NCBI GenBank assembly: GCA_964016885.1
Contig: OZ024742.1
Coordinates: forward strand, 83,204,001 to 83,268,000
Source of the DNA: Eledone cirrhosa
Lineage: Eukaryota
Reading direction: 5' to 3'
DNA: 64,000 nt
Shown here: piece after piece, positions 14,094 through 27,032 of the stretch
How positions within the stretch are numbered: position 1 is the stretch's first letter
Layout of the letters: the number at the start of each line of letters is the position of its first letter
Position numbers and translations under genes: made by a program
The notes under the pieces: model-generated
Told to the model about the DNA's origin: nothing
The model's input: only the letters and a program-made list of their open reading frames with translations
Database searches by the model: none

Positions 14094-14360
14094 TTACTGT
14101 CCATATAGCTTGAGAAAGGACCCGGCACTGAGGTGTCTACATGTCCCGAAGAAGTCGGTTCTGAGGTTTATCAGGCGGCTTCCACCTCTTAGTATCTCGA
14201 GGATCTCGCTCAGACATAGTTTGCATATGCCAGATCCCCCTTTATCGGGTGGTACTTTACTGATTATGGACCAGGCCAGAGAGTACGGGGTCCTGTCCAG
14301 CTTAAGCTTCCAGATCAGGTCGGAAAGAACCGTACTTTTCCTTTTGTGGCAACCAAACAC
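14094..14360 (-). pseudogene. C-terminal fragment of PLE GIY-YIG endonuclease
   Basis: STVLSDLIWKLK..WSII..CKLCLSEILEI..LINLRTDFFGTCRH resembles the CxLCxxE..LN.R.E..CRH end of PLE ORFs. Confidence 0.75.
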
Positions 14361-15450
14361 ATACTTATATAATTAGCAGCAGCAAGACCTAGGCTGACCG
14401 CAGCACCAACACCACTACCCAAAATAAGGGTAGAGGTCAGATATACTTAACAATAGCAAAAACAAACACTACAGATAGCCTCACCCCAGAAAGAATTTCT
14501 ATAGACTTTTAACTGAGGAATGCTCTCACAACTGACCAATGGGAGGAGTGGAATTTACAAATCTTTCTAACTTTGAGATTGGTTATAACACACAGAGATT
14601 TTATTTGATTTTCTTATTTTATTCTTCTACCATCTTATTCCTCCTAACATTTTATCACTTTTTAGTTCAATTATTTGCTTATATTATCTTATTTTCATTT
14701 TTTATTTTCTTCCCTTTATTGCTTTTTATTTCTTCATATGATTGGCAACACCACCCCCAACCCAACACCACCCCGCCCACCACCACCACCACCACGAGAA
14801 ATGGTGACAAGATTGATGCAAAACACAGACAGATACTTCTAAAATCAGCAGCAGCAAGATCTAGGCTGACCGCAGCTCCAACACCACTACCAAAATAAGG
14901 GTAGAGGCCAGATGTACTTAACAATAGCAAAAACAAACACTAAAGATAGCCTCACTCCAGAAAGAATTTCTATATATTTCTATAGACTGCAGTCTGAGGA
15001 ATGCTCTCACAACTGACCAATGGGAGGCGTGGATTTTACAAATCTTTATAACTTTGAGATTGGTTATAACACACAAACATTTTATTTGATTATCTTATTT
15101 TATTCTCTTACCATATTATTCCTTCTACCATTTTATTATTTTTACCATTTTATCTTTTTTTGAGCTGACTCCGACACCACTACCAACATAAGAGTAGAGG
15201 TCAGATGTACTTAACAATAACAAGAACAACCACTACAGATTGCCTCGCATCAGAACGAATTTCTATAGACATTTGACTGAGGAATGTTCTCACAACTGAC
15301 CAATTGGAGGAGAGGATGTCCTCTGACGCTGAAATTCGATTCCAGTTCCTCAGTGAAATAACAACCCAACCAGGAACTGGGCATATCAGGGTTTTGACAA
15401 AGTTAAACACCTCACCAACATGTGTACTCGTCTCTACCACACTAATTCGG

Positions 15451-15505
15451 ACTGCCTGAAGAGGTCACAGCCAAAGATGTCTGTCACCGAAATATATATA
15501 GCAGT
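15451..15505 (+). ncRNA. Minimal type I hammerhead ribozyme
   Basis: ACUGC CUGAAGA GGUCACAGCC..GUCUGUCACC GAAA UAUAUA UA GCAGU: 5-bp stem I, palindromic stem III, then AATAAA. Confidence 0.8.
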
Positions 15506-15556
15506 AATAAACGAAGCTAAATTTTATATATTTGACTAATTTATTTTATTTTAGTT

Positions 15557-15589
<33 letters not shown>

Positions 15590-15592
<3 letters not shown>

Positions 15593-15690
15593 CATCTACA
15601 AGACTAGTACTGTTTCATTCGTTTTGAATCATGAAAACATTGTTGCTGATCTCATACAAGTGAAACACTACTAGTATTGTAGAACTCATT
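15590..15690. repeat. Short imperfect palindrome next to (TA)n
   Basis: TCTACAAGACTAGTACTGTTTCA ... TGAAACACTACTAGTATTGTAGA. Confidence 0.65.
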
Positions 15691-17928
15691 ATATGTAATA
15701 AAGAGACCTAGATTCTACCAACGTTTTTAACTGTGTTTACCTCCGAAAAGATTTGGGAACCTATATATTATATATACATATATATGTATGTGCATATATA
15801 TCCATTCATATGTGTATTTGGATATATGTCTACATATATTTATACATACATATATACATGCATACATGTATGTATGCATGTATATATGTATGTATAAATT
15901 CATGCATGTCTGCATGTATATTTGTATGTGTTTGTATGTATATATGAATTCATGTCTCTTTGTATGTATGTATTTACATATGTATGTATATGCGTATTTA
16001 TGTATGTACGTGAGTATGAATGTAAGGAAGGGTTGACAAACATTCTATTTTCGCTAAATGATCTCGTAATATATTTTGCTGTGAATTTTATTTTATTTTT
16101 AAATATTTACATATAACGAATCACTTATTGTTAACGACGATTCTGTTTCTTAGATACAATTAACGTGTTTTACAACAATGTTTTGCAGCTAATTCTAATT
16201 AATATTTGATGTCGTGTCTTAGTTTTCTAAATCAAACCTAATCCAATTAAGACCTCATCACTACCATATCACACAGTTAACTTTAATTTCCTCATGAAAA
16301 ACAATTTTATCATGCATTAAATAGATGTATATGTTTGTAAGAGAGACAAGTAATATGTGTAATGTATTTAAAAATAGAATAAACATTGGTGTCTTCTTTT
16401 CTGAAATTAATAGGATTACCTTAAATCCAAATAATAATTGAACAATCATTAACGATATTTTTTACGCTAATAATCAATGTTTTATTTAGTATAGAATAGC
16501 TGGAAGGTGTGATGCTATAATAATGAGCTTTCGTAGCATGATATTCGTAGTGAAACATTGAGTCAATCTATTCAACTAATTGAAGCTAATTTGTTTTTAA
16601 TAGATAGAATGTATTGAGGTCAGAAGTAAGAGTACATCGATTTAACATTCATTTCAGTATATTTTTCCGTATTTGCAATTTAGACCTATGTCGCATCTGA
16701 TCAAACAGACCTAAGATAAAATACGGCACAGTCGCCACACAGTTTTCATGTTTGTATCAAGACGTTTCTAGCTGATTTGTAGCTATTTGTATCAATGTTA
16801 TTGCTTCGCGCATTTTTGCTTAACTTTTGAAAGGAAGCAGATATTTCTCTGAAATTTAGTGACTTTTTTTAACATTTGCTCCGGTAAATGCTCACATAAC
16901 AGATTCTGGAAAGCTTTCTCCGTTGGCGTGTCAAAGGGACGGTGCATGACAGTACCTATATATAATAGCTATACCCCTGCAAATCAGGAAATATTTCTGC
17001 AATATTTGTGTAATGCATAAATATTTGTTTATCAATCGTCTATATTTGTGCCAAGTGTATTTGTCATAGCGTAAGTGGTTCAGGAATAAAGCAATCTAAC
17101 GCAGCCCCTAAAACGCCCAGATATAAGGTTCATAGGTCTGTTCGAGCGAGGAAGAACGAGTTAAAGAATAAAACATCATTTGGCAAGTTTCTGAGAATTT
17201 ATTACATTTTCCAACGAAACACACCCCCTGCAGTTTCTTTTGGTGATAGGTGTCTAGGTCAAATTCATGAGTCAGTAGTGGTAACGTGAAAATAGATTAC
17301 AAATAACTCAACGAAATGAACGATGAAACCGCATCTTGGCGACTAACCTTTCTACTTTACCAATAAAGAGAGTTCTTGTCTAAATGTCAGATATCCGTGG
17401 TGTGAAAATCTGTCTCCGTAATAAAGGATCATTTATCTAAATTTATTGTTAGATTTATGCTCGTCAAAATGAAGATTTTGTAACTATCGGGTGCATGTAA
17501 GTGCTGTGGGTGTATCAAACAAATCTGTGACCAATATTTATCAATATTTATATGTAAAAATAGACATATTCACACACATTTCTGTACAAAAACATAACAA
17601 GTCTGTATATATGGATATATAATAAAAACAACAATGCATGTGATGAGGCAACAGTCGAAAACAGTATTCAAGGTGGGCTGTGTAAAATGTGCACAAAAAT
17701 AAGGATGACTGCGGTTATCTCTGGACAAGAAAATTCTAAGTGTCCAGGAACATATCCTGTGGATCACATCAGCAATGTTGTTTATGTGAGAACCCCAGCA
17801 TAACTATTACTCAAAGCAATCGGGTGTTTTGGGATGTGACAAAGTCTCACACGAGTGAAGACGATATGGTAAATTCAGGATATCCCAGTTTCCAAGGTAG
17901 ATTATGTCATATTAATGTTTTTTCATGA

Positions 17929-17983
<55 letters not shown>

Positions 17984-17984
17984 A

Positions 17985-18170
17985 GGGTGTGGTAAAATCC
18001 CAGGTGGACCATAACCCACCAGAGTACTCGATACTTGGGTTAGTAGAGTAGGTAATATGAAAAGGTTCAGGAACCCGACGGCTGAGTTCCGGCCGTTTCG
18101 ACAGCTAGATCCGAACTGTTAGAATCTAGATGTCGAAACGGCCGGAGCTCAGCCGTCGGGGTCCTGAATC

Positions 18171-18176
<6 letters not shown>
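17985..18176. mobile_element. Hairpin-plus-tail non-autonomous element (~115 bp palindrome + ~75 bp tail) between (TA)n tracts
   Basis: Palindrome 18059-18175 (CCCGACGGCTGAGTTCCGGCCGTTTCGACA / TGTCGAAACGGCCGGAGCTCAGCCGTCGGG). Related copies at 8422, 23925 and 29965. Confidence 0.85.
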
Positions 18177-18251
<75 letters not shown>

Positions 18252-18289
18252 TAATTAGTCTAATTATTATGACGCATTATAAGAAAGAT

Positions 18290-19070
18290 ATGTAATAAAA
18301 GACTGATAAGTTGTAAAATTCCGGTACAATGCTGTTCAAAATTACAATAGGGTATTGATGAGAAATATAAGAAATCAAGGTAATGTTTTACTCAGTGTAT
18401 TATATCAACATGATATTTCAGGGCCTTTAACCTCTATTTGAATGTGGAGCATAAACAGTTAAAAATGAAAAGAATGATTAATGTGTTCATCTTTAAATGA
18501 CCTACGTGTCTTAAATACGCATATGTGAAATTGTTACAGTAGGCCATCTATTCCGTACATTTCCTATGTATCATTTATCTATGTTTGTTTCTGGTTGTTG
18601 ATAATAACATCTTTGATTCTCAAATTGGTCACATTCCCTTCCGTCGCCTCTACGGTGACATCCATATCTTGGCTGCGGCATCTGTCAAGTTCTTTTTGTT
18701 TTGTTTTTCAACAGAAAAATCTCTCGTCCTCGTGTGCTCTTTGATGCGTATGTGCAGCATCCGGACGGTACTCCCGATGTATAATGGGCTATATTTTTTA
18801 CATATGACTTTGTAGACCATATACGTTCTTATGCACACTTCTGTGTTGTTGGTAGAACATATCGTTGTATGTAGGTCGGTGATTGTGGAGCTGTCTCATG
18901 AATGATGTTTCCGTGTGCGCCAGTTGCATATTCAGGCCGTCCCCACAGATGGTTTGTCTGATGGCAGCTGTCATCTTTTCATTGAAATGTAGCAGCTTTA
19001 GGTAGGATATGTTATCTCTACTCTTCTCACCAGGCACGTAAATCCCTAAGCAGCAATAGTTAAACAAAAA
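18290..19070 (-). pseudogene. Decayed Penelope-like GIY-YIG endonuclease region
   Basis: VYKVICKKYSPLYIGSTVRMLHIRIKEH fits the VY..C..C..YIG.T.R.L..R..EH motif. Confidence 0.75.
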
Positions 19071-19089
19071 AGAAGGGCATGCGCCCCTA

Positions 19090-19800
19090 GAGTTACAAGC
19101 AGAAAGCCTGGACCAACATGGGACGTCCCTTAAAGATAGAATTACCCCTGTGAAGAAGTACCTCGCAGACGGTTGTAGTTATGAAATGTAACGCTGATAT
19201 CTATTCCACACGAGATCAGGAAGACTTCAAAATAAATTACAGATGGGATTTAGAGGTACAGGATTTAACACCCTAAATTTCAAACTACGCCAGCTGAAAC
19301 AATAACTCACAACTGATCAAAAACTAAAATATAAACATCTAATTCGTAAAACGGCAAATGATGAATAGATTAATTGCCATAGATCCCAATTCATCCTATA
19401 GTAGCTTCACTGTGAAAGGCTCAATCTCCGTAAAATACACGCCTCAGGCTGAGAGCGACAGCAGATACATATTGGGAACCCATGATGAATAAAATAAACT
19501 AGTTGTATGGCTAAAATATCGGGAGCAGGGGTAATGTCAGCATGTACAGCAAAAGCAATATGAAATAAACACCGCAATCCTGTAAACCTCTAAATAGAAA
19601 ATATTAAATAGGAAATCCGCAGGTCCAGACCTCATAACAGGTTACTTGCTGATGAATTTCACCTTCTATCTGTGAGACGTCATATGGTTCTATGGAGAAC
19701 GTATCAAGATCACAAAAGAACTATCTCAAAAGTTACCAACTACCACCACTCTCCTCATTCACCAAAAAAGCCAAACCACCCTTGATTAAAATTACCATTC
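19090..19800 (+). mobile_element. Highly decayed internal R4/Dong-like fragment
   Basis: Nucleotide similarity to ~46790-47500 (GAAAGCCTG..., CAGCTGAAACAA.AACTCACA, GAATAGATT...GCCA.AGATCC). Confidence 0.6.
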
Positions 19801-20721
19801 GAGTTATTTCTATCTCTATATCTTTATATTTGGAGAGTTTCTCTATTTCGTTAGAACATATATTGTCGTCTTATTATCATTATTCGTTTTATTTCTGCAA
19901 ATCCTCTAGAAACCCAGCCTCTGCAGCACATCTCCCAAAGACCTCTTTCCATCATGATAATATCTATATTTCTACTTATATTCATATTTGTATCCTTACT
20001 GTAACTTGCAAACCCTAAAAAAACAATGTTGTTCTCGTGATATAAGGCGTAAACACACACACACACACACACACACATACCACAAGACAAAAGAGCAATT
20101 CCATATCCACGCCTAAACTGACCTTTCAGCACAATTCAAACCCATTTAAATACACTACGCGCGTGCGTGCGAATACATACACATTAGTCATGGCATCTGG
20201 TCCATTAGTATGAATGCTAAGAACATTTTCTATATTTAACCAAGTGAAATCAATCGAATTCTTGACCTATTGAATATCACTTCCACCATCACCACCACAC
20301 GTTCATAAGGAACATATATATCAGAAGACATTTTGAGAGATCTAATTATGCTTGCCTTTATTTAAACTTATGTCGACTTTGCCTTTGTTTGAAAAGAACG
20401 TTAACGAAATCGACACCAGGCAAGTCAATGGAGATAATTAAAGCCATTGACGGATATGTTCCTGCACCCAGTGACTGCAAAGAGTAATAGAATTTAAAAA
20501 ATTATTATTATGAAAACCAACTGTTTTGAAAATAATCAACAGAACGTTTTTTTATAAATGACAACGATATTTAATGATAAACGTTTTAGTTATCAAACTT
20601 TTTTATGAGGTTGGTGATGAAATGAAACAATTATACATTTAGCATCAGTGCTTCAAAATAAACACTTAATAAATTTAATAATGCATAGTTTATAAAAGTC
20701 ACCAAAGTTATTCATGCGGTC

Positions 20722-20880
<159 letters not shown>

Positions 20881-20899
20881 GTATAAATATATATATATA

Positions 20900-21641
<742 letters not shown>

Positions 21642-21644
21642 TAG

Positions 21645-21748
21645 TCTATCAAAGTTCTTTCGTTGTACATCTGCAACATCATCAGTGGTACTATTATGTT
21701 CCTTCCTATTGTATTGTATTGTAATGTCTACGCCATTTTTATTTTGTT

Positions 21749-21791
<43 letters not shown>

Positions 21792-22190
21792 TCTAGTGTC
21801 TCTGTCTCTGCGCATGCGTTTGCGTGTGTGTATAATGTTTGGTGGGTGTGTTCGCGTTTGAGTGTATGTGTTTTTGTTTTTGTATTCTATCTTTGTTCAC
21901 TAGTGTATGTTTATATGTGTTTGTTGTTATTGTACTTGTGTATATATTTATTTATTTATTTATTTATTTATTTATATTTGCATTAAGTTAGTATTGTTTG
22001 TTTGGGTATAGTTGTTGTTATTCTATTCATTTTTCTGTTTAACTTTGGTCTTCTTAGCTCTATCTCAGTTCCTTCTCTGATTTGTTTGCCTGTTGAGTCA
22101 TTTCTATTTTAATTTCTATGTTGGCTATATTACCGTCATGTCTTTGTTTGGCGTGGTCGTATAGTAGTTACCCCCAGTGTTGGTCTATTC
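21645..22190 (-). mobile_element. 3' remnant of a PLE related to 35114-37803, including degenerate hammerhead
   Basis: Reverse-complement homolog of ~37060-37597, with CTGATGATGTTGCAGATGTACAACGAAAG. Confidence 0.8.
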
Positions 22191-22350
22191 TTTCTACTTT
22201 TGGCACAAGGCCAGCAATTACCCAGTACATTACTAGTACGTTATTTTATTGACCCCGTAAGGATGAAAGGCAAAGTTAACCTCGGCGGGATTTGAACTCA
22301 GATCATAAAGGGACGTAACTATATGATACTGATACTGCCAATCCACCGCC
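22190..22350 (-). mobile_element. tRNA-derived SINE
   Basis: Homolog of 3471-3656. Confidence 0.85.
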
Positions 22351-22403
22351 CCTGAGGGTAATATAATAAGACAAGGACGGATGGTTACCCCTTCATTACG
22401 TCT

Positions 22404-22597
22404 ATTGGTTGTTGACGTGCGTTTCGCTACTGATCAGCTCAAGGTTCGATCTGTATCGATCTGGCCCGACTCTGGATTCAAAAGCTCGTCGGACCTCTGT
22501 AGTAGTAATGATAGAGCTTTTGATTCCAGAGTCGGGCGAGATCGATACAGATCGAACCTTAAGCTGATCAGTAGCGAAATGCGCGTCACCAACCAAT
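22404..22597. repeat. ~190 bp near-perfect palindrome with half-hammerhead ends
   Basis: ATTGGTTGTTGACGTGCGTTTCGCTACTGATCAGC... / ...GCTGATCAGTAGCGAAATGCGCGTCACCAACCAAT. Followed by (TA)n. Confidence 0.9.
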
Positions 22598-22616
22598 ATA
22601 TAATATATATATATAT

Positions 22617-23915
22617 ATATACAATGCTGTCCACCACCTCAAGTCTTTTTCCTCTCACGAAAATGTATGGCAGCACATTCACTTTCCCAACTGGTGGAGT
22701 GTACATGACCTTTGTCTTTTTTAGACTAATATTTAGCCCAAACACAGTACGTACATTGGAAAATGTGTCCACTATCAACTGTATGTCCTCTACTCTGTGA
22801 GCAACAAAATCTGCATCATCAGCATATAGGAACTCCCTAACAAGAGTGCCAAATGTTTTGGACTTGGTGTTAAACCGTCTCAGAGTAATTACTTTGCCAG
22901 AGGTTCTAATTCACAAGTATACACCGATTTCGGAAGTACACTTAGTAGAGATAGTACTATCAATGCAGAAATTGATCACCGGGTTGCGAAAGCAAGTCGT
23001 GCCTTCTGGAAAGCTTGAAAAGCGAATCTGGTTAAATCGGGGTATCACACAAGACACAAATCTTTCTGTGTATGAGGCCTGTCTTCTTACAGCCCTGCTA
23101 TATGGATGCGAAACGAGAACAACTTACAGGCATCATCTCAGGCAGTTGAAAATATTTCATCAGCATGGTATACGACGCATTCTGAACATTAAGTGGTCCT
23201 CTTACACACCTGAAACTGCGGTACTTGAGAAAGCGCGCAGCACCAGTATTGAGAGGAGGATTATTATGAACCAGAAGCGCTGGGTTGGTCATGTGGTCAA
23301 GATGGAGGATAGAAGACTGCCTAAACAGCTGTTTTATGGAGAGCTGATCAGATTGAAAAGGTCACAGCATAAACCAAAGAAACGGTTTAAGTATGTCATA
23401 AAAGACAATCTTAAAGCTCTGAAGATTGATATGTAGAACTGGGAGATACTGGCTCAAGGCCATACATCATCGAGAAAGATCATCAAATATGGATGTGATG
23501 CTTTTGAGAAAAAACGAGTTAAGCATGCTGTTCTGAAGCGTTCACTTCAAATTCAGCAAGATTGTAGGTGCAATGTATGTGGTCGGTTTATTCTAACACA
23601 AGCTGGTTTTGTTAACCATCTGAAATCACACGAGCCAGGGAGATATCGAGCCAACTGTGAGATGGTTTGTCTGCCACACACTCCATGGCATATTTGCAGT
23701 GATTGTGGCTTAATTTGCAACTCAGCAGTTGGCCTGACCATACATAGTAAAATGCATGAAAACACACCCCAACCGGTATTGGCATGAAACAGAGAGTTCA
23801 AGTGTAACATCTGTAAACGTATCTGCAAAATAAAAGCGGGTCTGAGAAGTCACCTGCGTGCACATAACCCTGCAATGTTCAATGAAGTGATGATCCTCTT
23901 CCGACAAGAGATAAC
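22617..23915 (+). mobile_element. 5'-inverted RTE-clade LINE (RT C-terminus + three C2H2-like fingers)
   Basis: 22617-22940 (minus): FLYADD..FGLNISLKKTKVM..LEVVDSIVY. 22941 onward (plus): LSRDST..LLYGCET..RWVGHV..RLPKQLFYGEL, then three CxxC..H...H motifs. Confidence 0.9.
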
Positions 23916-23924
23916 GAAGTAAGT

Positions 23925-24095
23925 TTGGTAAGATGCCAGGTGGACCATAACGCACCAGTGTACGCAATATTTAGAGTAGTAGAGTAGGTAATATGAAAAG
24001 AGCCAGCACCCCGACGGCTTAGTTACGGCCGATTCGACAGCTAGTTCCGAACGGTTCGAATGTGGAGCTCAGTCGTCGGGGAGTTAACTATTTTA
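23925..24095. mobile_element. Diverged copy of the hairpin-plus-tail element
   Basis: CCAGGTGGACCATAAC...GTAGAGTAGGTAATATGAAAAG...CCCCGACGGC..TTCGACAGCTAG matches 17990-18120. Confidence 0.8.
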
Positions 24096-24114
24096 ATATA
24101 TATATATATATAAT

Positions 24115-24998
24115 ATATATATCATAAAACATGTCTATAGAATCACAAGATAAAATATATACTATTTCCTAATTGGGAGAGGAAATAGTATATATTTTAT
24201 CTTGTGATTCTATAGACTTGTTTTATGATATATAGTTCTGATTATTTAATTTATTAATTTTTCATTGAGCCACAAAGTGACCAGTTGCAAAACACGTATA
24301 TGTATATATATGTATATATATGTATATATATATGTAAACTTTTATATGTAATAGTCTCCCATTATGTTGAAATTCAAATTTGGCTGTATTGTGCTGTGCT
24401 TTCTAGCAAAAATGCCACCAGTGGTAAGCAACTACCACACCCTTCCAACCTGACCGGGACTACGTCACGAATTTTAGCCATTTTGAATGAATTCTTGGCG
24501 CGATCACTTTTGAAAATTTAGTGTCTAGATAAGAGCGAACATCCTGATGAATCCGGTGCTCGAGTTTATATAATTATTACATAATTATTGGAAGACTCAA
24601 AATACGGATGAAACCATGGTAGAGGTATTTAAATGTATTCTATTTTCTCCTTGTTTATTTTGCACCTAATTCTGTTTAGTTGACTGTATCTGCGCGATTA
24701 CGCTGTCGAAATATTCGATAAATATTCCGCTACGGCCACGCGAAGGGCTAGTTTTGGTTATTTGTCGGAGATTTCTTCATAGATGCCTCATTCTTATAGC
24801 CTGGTCTATTCGATGTTTTATATAGTTAATTATGCTAATTGGGAGAGGAAATAGTATATATTTTATCTTGTCATTCTATAGGCATGTTTTATGATATATA
24901 GCTCTGATTATTTAATTTATTAATTTTTCATTGAGCCACAAAGTGACCAGTTGCAAAACACGTATATGTATATGTATGTATATATATATGTAAACTTT

Positions 24999-25005
<7 letters not shown>
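24115..25005 (+). mobile_element. Non-autonomous hammerhead-bearing element with direct terminal repeats and 5' inverted segment (retrozyme/PLE-like)
   Basis: Direct repeats 24170-24347 and 24836-25005. 24115-24170 is the inverse of 24180-24233. (TA)n on both sides. Confidence 0.8.
24539..24626 (+). ncRNA. Type I hammerhead ribozyme with long stem II
   Basis: ACAUC CUGAUGA AUCCG..GAGUUU..AGACUC..CGGAU GAAA CCAUGG UA GAGGU. Palindromic stem III. One stem I mismatch. Confidence 0.7.
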
Positions 25006-25067
<62 letters not shown>

Positions 25068-25151
25068 GTGGTTATATTTAATTTGTTGGGATTCAACAAG
25101 CTTAAAAATGTTTATAACTGATATAAAGCACTCAACAAGTTATTGGAGTAA

Positions 25152-25408
25152 ATATACAATATACTAATAAATGGAAACATATTTATAAAACCATAATTAT
25201 TTTATTATATATATTTCAAGGGCGACCAAGATAAATTATGGTGCGCTTTCATCAGATAAAATACAGATTTGTTTTATAAATAAATATTGACATACCCGGA
25301 AAAAAAGATAACCTCAACGGTTGAGGTTGTCTTTTACCTTGGTCGCCTTTGAAATATATATAATAAAATAATTATGGTTTTATAAATATAGTTTCCATTT
25401 ATTAATAT

Positions 25409-25415
<7 letters not shown>
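25152..25415 (-). mobile_element. Inverted-repeat element (~83 bp arms) carrying a hammerhead
   Basis: Arms 25152-25235 and 25333-25415. (TA)n on the right and shortly to the left. Confidence 0.8.
25198..25263 (-). ncRNA. Type I hammerhead ribozyme
   Basis: Minus: UAUUUUAU CUGAUGA AAGCGCACCA..UGGUCGCCCUU GAAA UAUAUA UA AUAAAAUA. 8-bp stem I, palindromic stem III. Confidence 0.78.
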
Positions 25416-25448
<33 letters not shown>

Positions 25449-25455
<7 letters not shown>

Positions 25456-26865
25456 AAGTGAGTCCTTCATCAGTGACCCCATTATTATCATATTTACACA
25501 TATATTTTTTCCATGCTGCCATTCGTGTTTCGTTTGTATCTTTACCCTTTCTAGCAGTCTCTCTCTCTCTGTTAGCCTCCTCCTCAACTTTCACTCACTC
25601 ATTCTCTGTCACTACCTCTCCTCCTCAACTTTCCTCCTCCTCTTTCCTCCTCCTCCTTCAAGTTTGACCTGTGAGTAATTCTTTTCTCGCGCGGTCTTGA
25701 CCAAGCTGGTATGGAATTTTTTTCTCTCTCTCTTTCGTCTGCGACTTCACAAAACTTACGTTTACTGAATTCGTAGAACAGACCCCTTTATCTTCTTCTT
25801 CTTCTTCTTCTCCTTCTTCTTCTTCCTCTTCTCTCCTTTTTCTCTCTCTCTTTTTCCCCCCCGTCAAACTTGGGCGAAATTCTTTCCTTGCTCACATTTC
25901 AACCAGGTTTGATGGTCTTTTGTCTCTTGTTCACGATTTCACAGAGTTTATATTCATAGAGATCTGGGACTTGTCTATTTCTACTCACTTTCCGTTGCTA
26001 AAACCTTTTTGTTGTTACTCTGGCGTCCCCCTTTATTTACGTGTCCCAACGACTTTTTTTAGCCGTTGTTCGCACCAACCCGAGGCATATGGCCCTTAAA
26101 GCGATGAAATGCCCAGGACGGTTGGAGGGTCACTGATGAAGGACTCACTTTTTCATATGTATCCCATTTGCAACGCCGCAGCTCCATTATTATCATATTT
26201 ACACATATATTTTTTCCATGCTGCCATTCGTGTTTCGTTTGTATCTTTACCCTTTCTAGCAGTCTCTCTCTCTCTGTTAGCCTCCTCCTCAACTTTCACT
26301 CACTCATTCTCTGTCACTACCTCTCCTCCTCCTTCAAGTTTGACCTGTGTGTAATTCTTTTCTCGCGCGGTCTTGACCAAGCTGGTATGGAATTTTTTTC
26401 TCTCTCTCTTTCGTCTGCGACTTCACAAAACTTACGTTTACTGAATTCGTAGAACAGACCCCTTTATCTTCTTCTTCTTCTTCTCCTTCTTCTTCTTCCT
26501 CTTCTCTCCTTTTTCTCTCTCTCTTTTTCCCCCCCCGTCAAACTTGGGCGAAATTCTTTCCTTGCTCACATTTCAACCAGGTTTGATGGTCTTTTGTCTC
26601 TTGTTCACGATTTCACAGAGTTTATATTCATAGAGATCTGGGACTTGTCTAGTTCTACTCACTTTCCGTTGTTAAAACCTTTTTGTTGTTACTCTGGCGT
26701 CCCCCTTTATTTACGTGTCCCAACGACTTTTTTTAGCCGTTGTTCGCACCAACCCGAGGCATATGGCCCTTAAAGCGATGAAATGCCCAGGACGGTTGGA
26801 GGGTCACTGATGAAGGACTCACTTTTTCATATGTATCCCATTTGCAACGCCGCAGCTCCATTATT

Positions 26866-26872
<7 letters not shown>
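25449..26872 (+). repeat. Tandem dimer of a ~690 bp pyrimidine-rich unit with a short inverted 5' segment
   Basis: Units 25479-26183 and 26184-26857 are near-identical. 25449-25479 is the inverse of the GGGTCACTGATGAAGGACTCACTTTTTCATAT block. (TA)n on both sides. Confidence 0.9.
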
Positions 26873-26947
<75 letters not shown>

Positions 26948-27032
26948 GACACAAAAATAGGTAGAAAAATATATACAAGTTTAAATACTAAAAACAATAG
27001 CCAAAACAATGTGGGGTATCACTTGATTTTAT

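Larger units (their letters stand above)
12170..15560 (-). mobile_element. 5'-truncated Penelope-like element with ~1.2 kb inverted pseudo-LTR
   Basis: Arms ~12255-13425 and ~14365-15560 are inverted copies. The centre encodes a GIY-YIG-type C-terminus. Each arm has a hammerhead motif and internal tandem subrepeats. Confidence 0.85.

Noticed and set aside
26101-26140. AUGA...UGAU as a SECIS element or C/D snoRNA
   Set aside because: The helix is too short, there is no apical AA motif at the correct spacing, and no upstream UGA-containing ORF.
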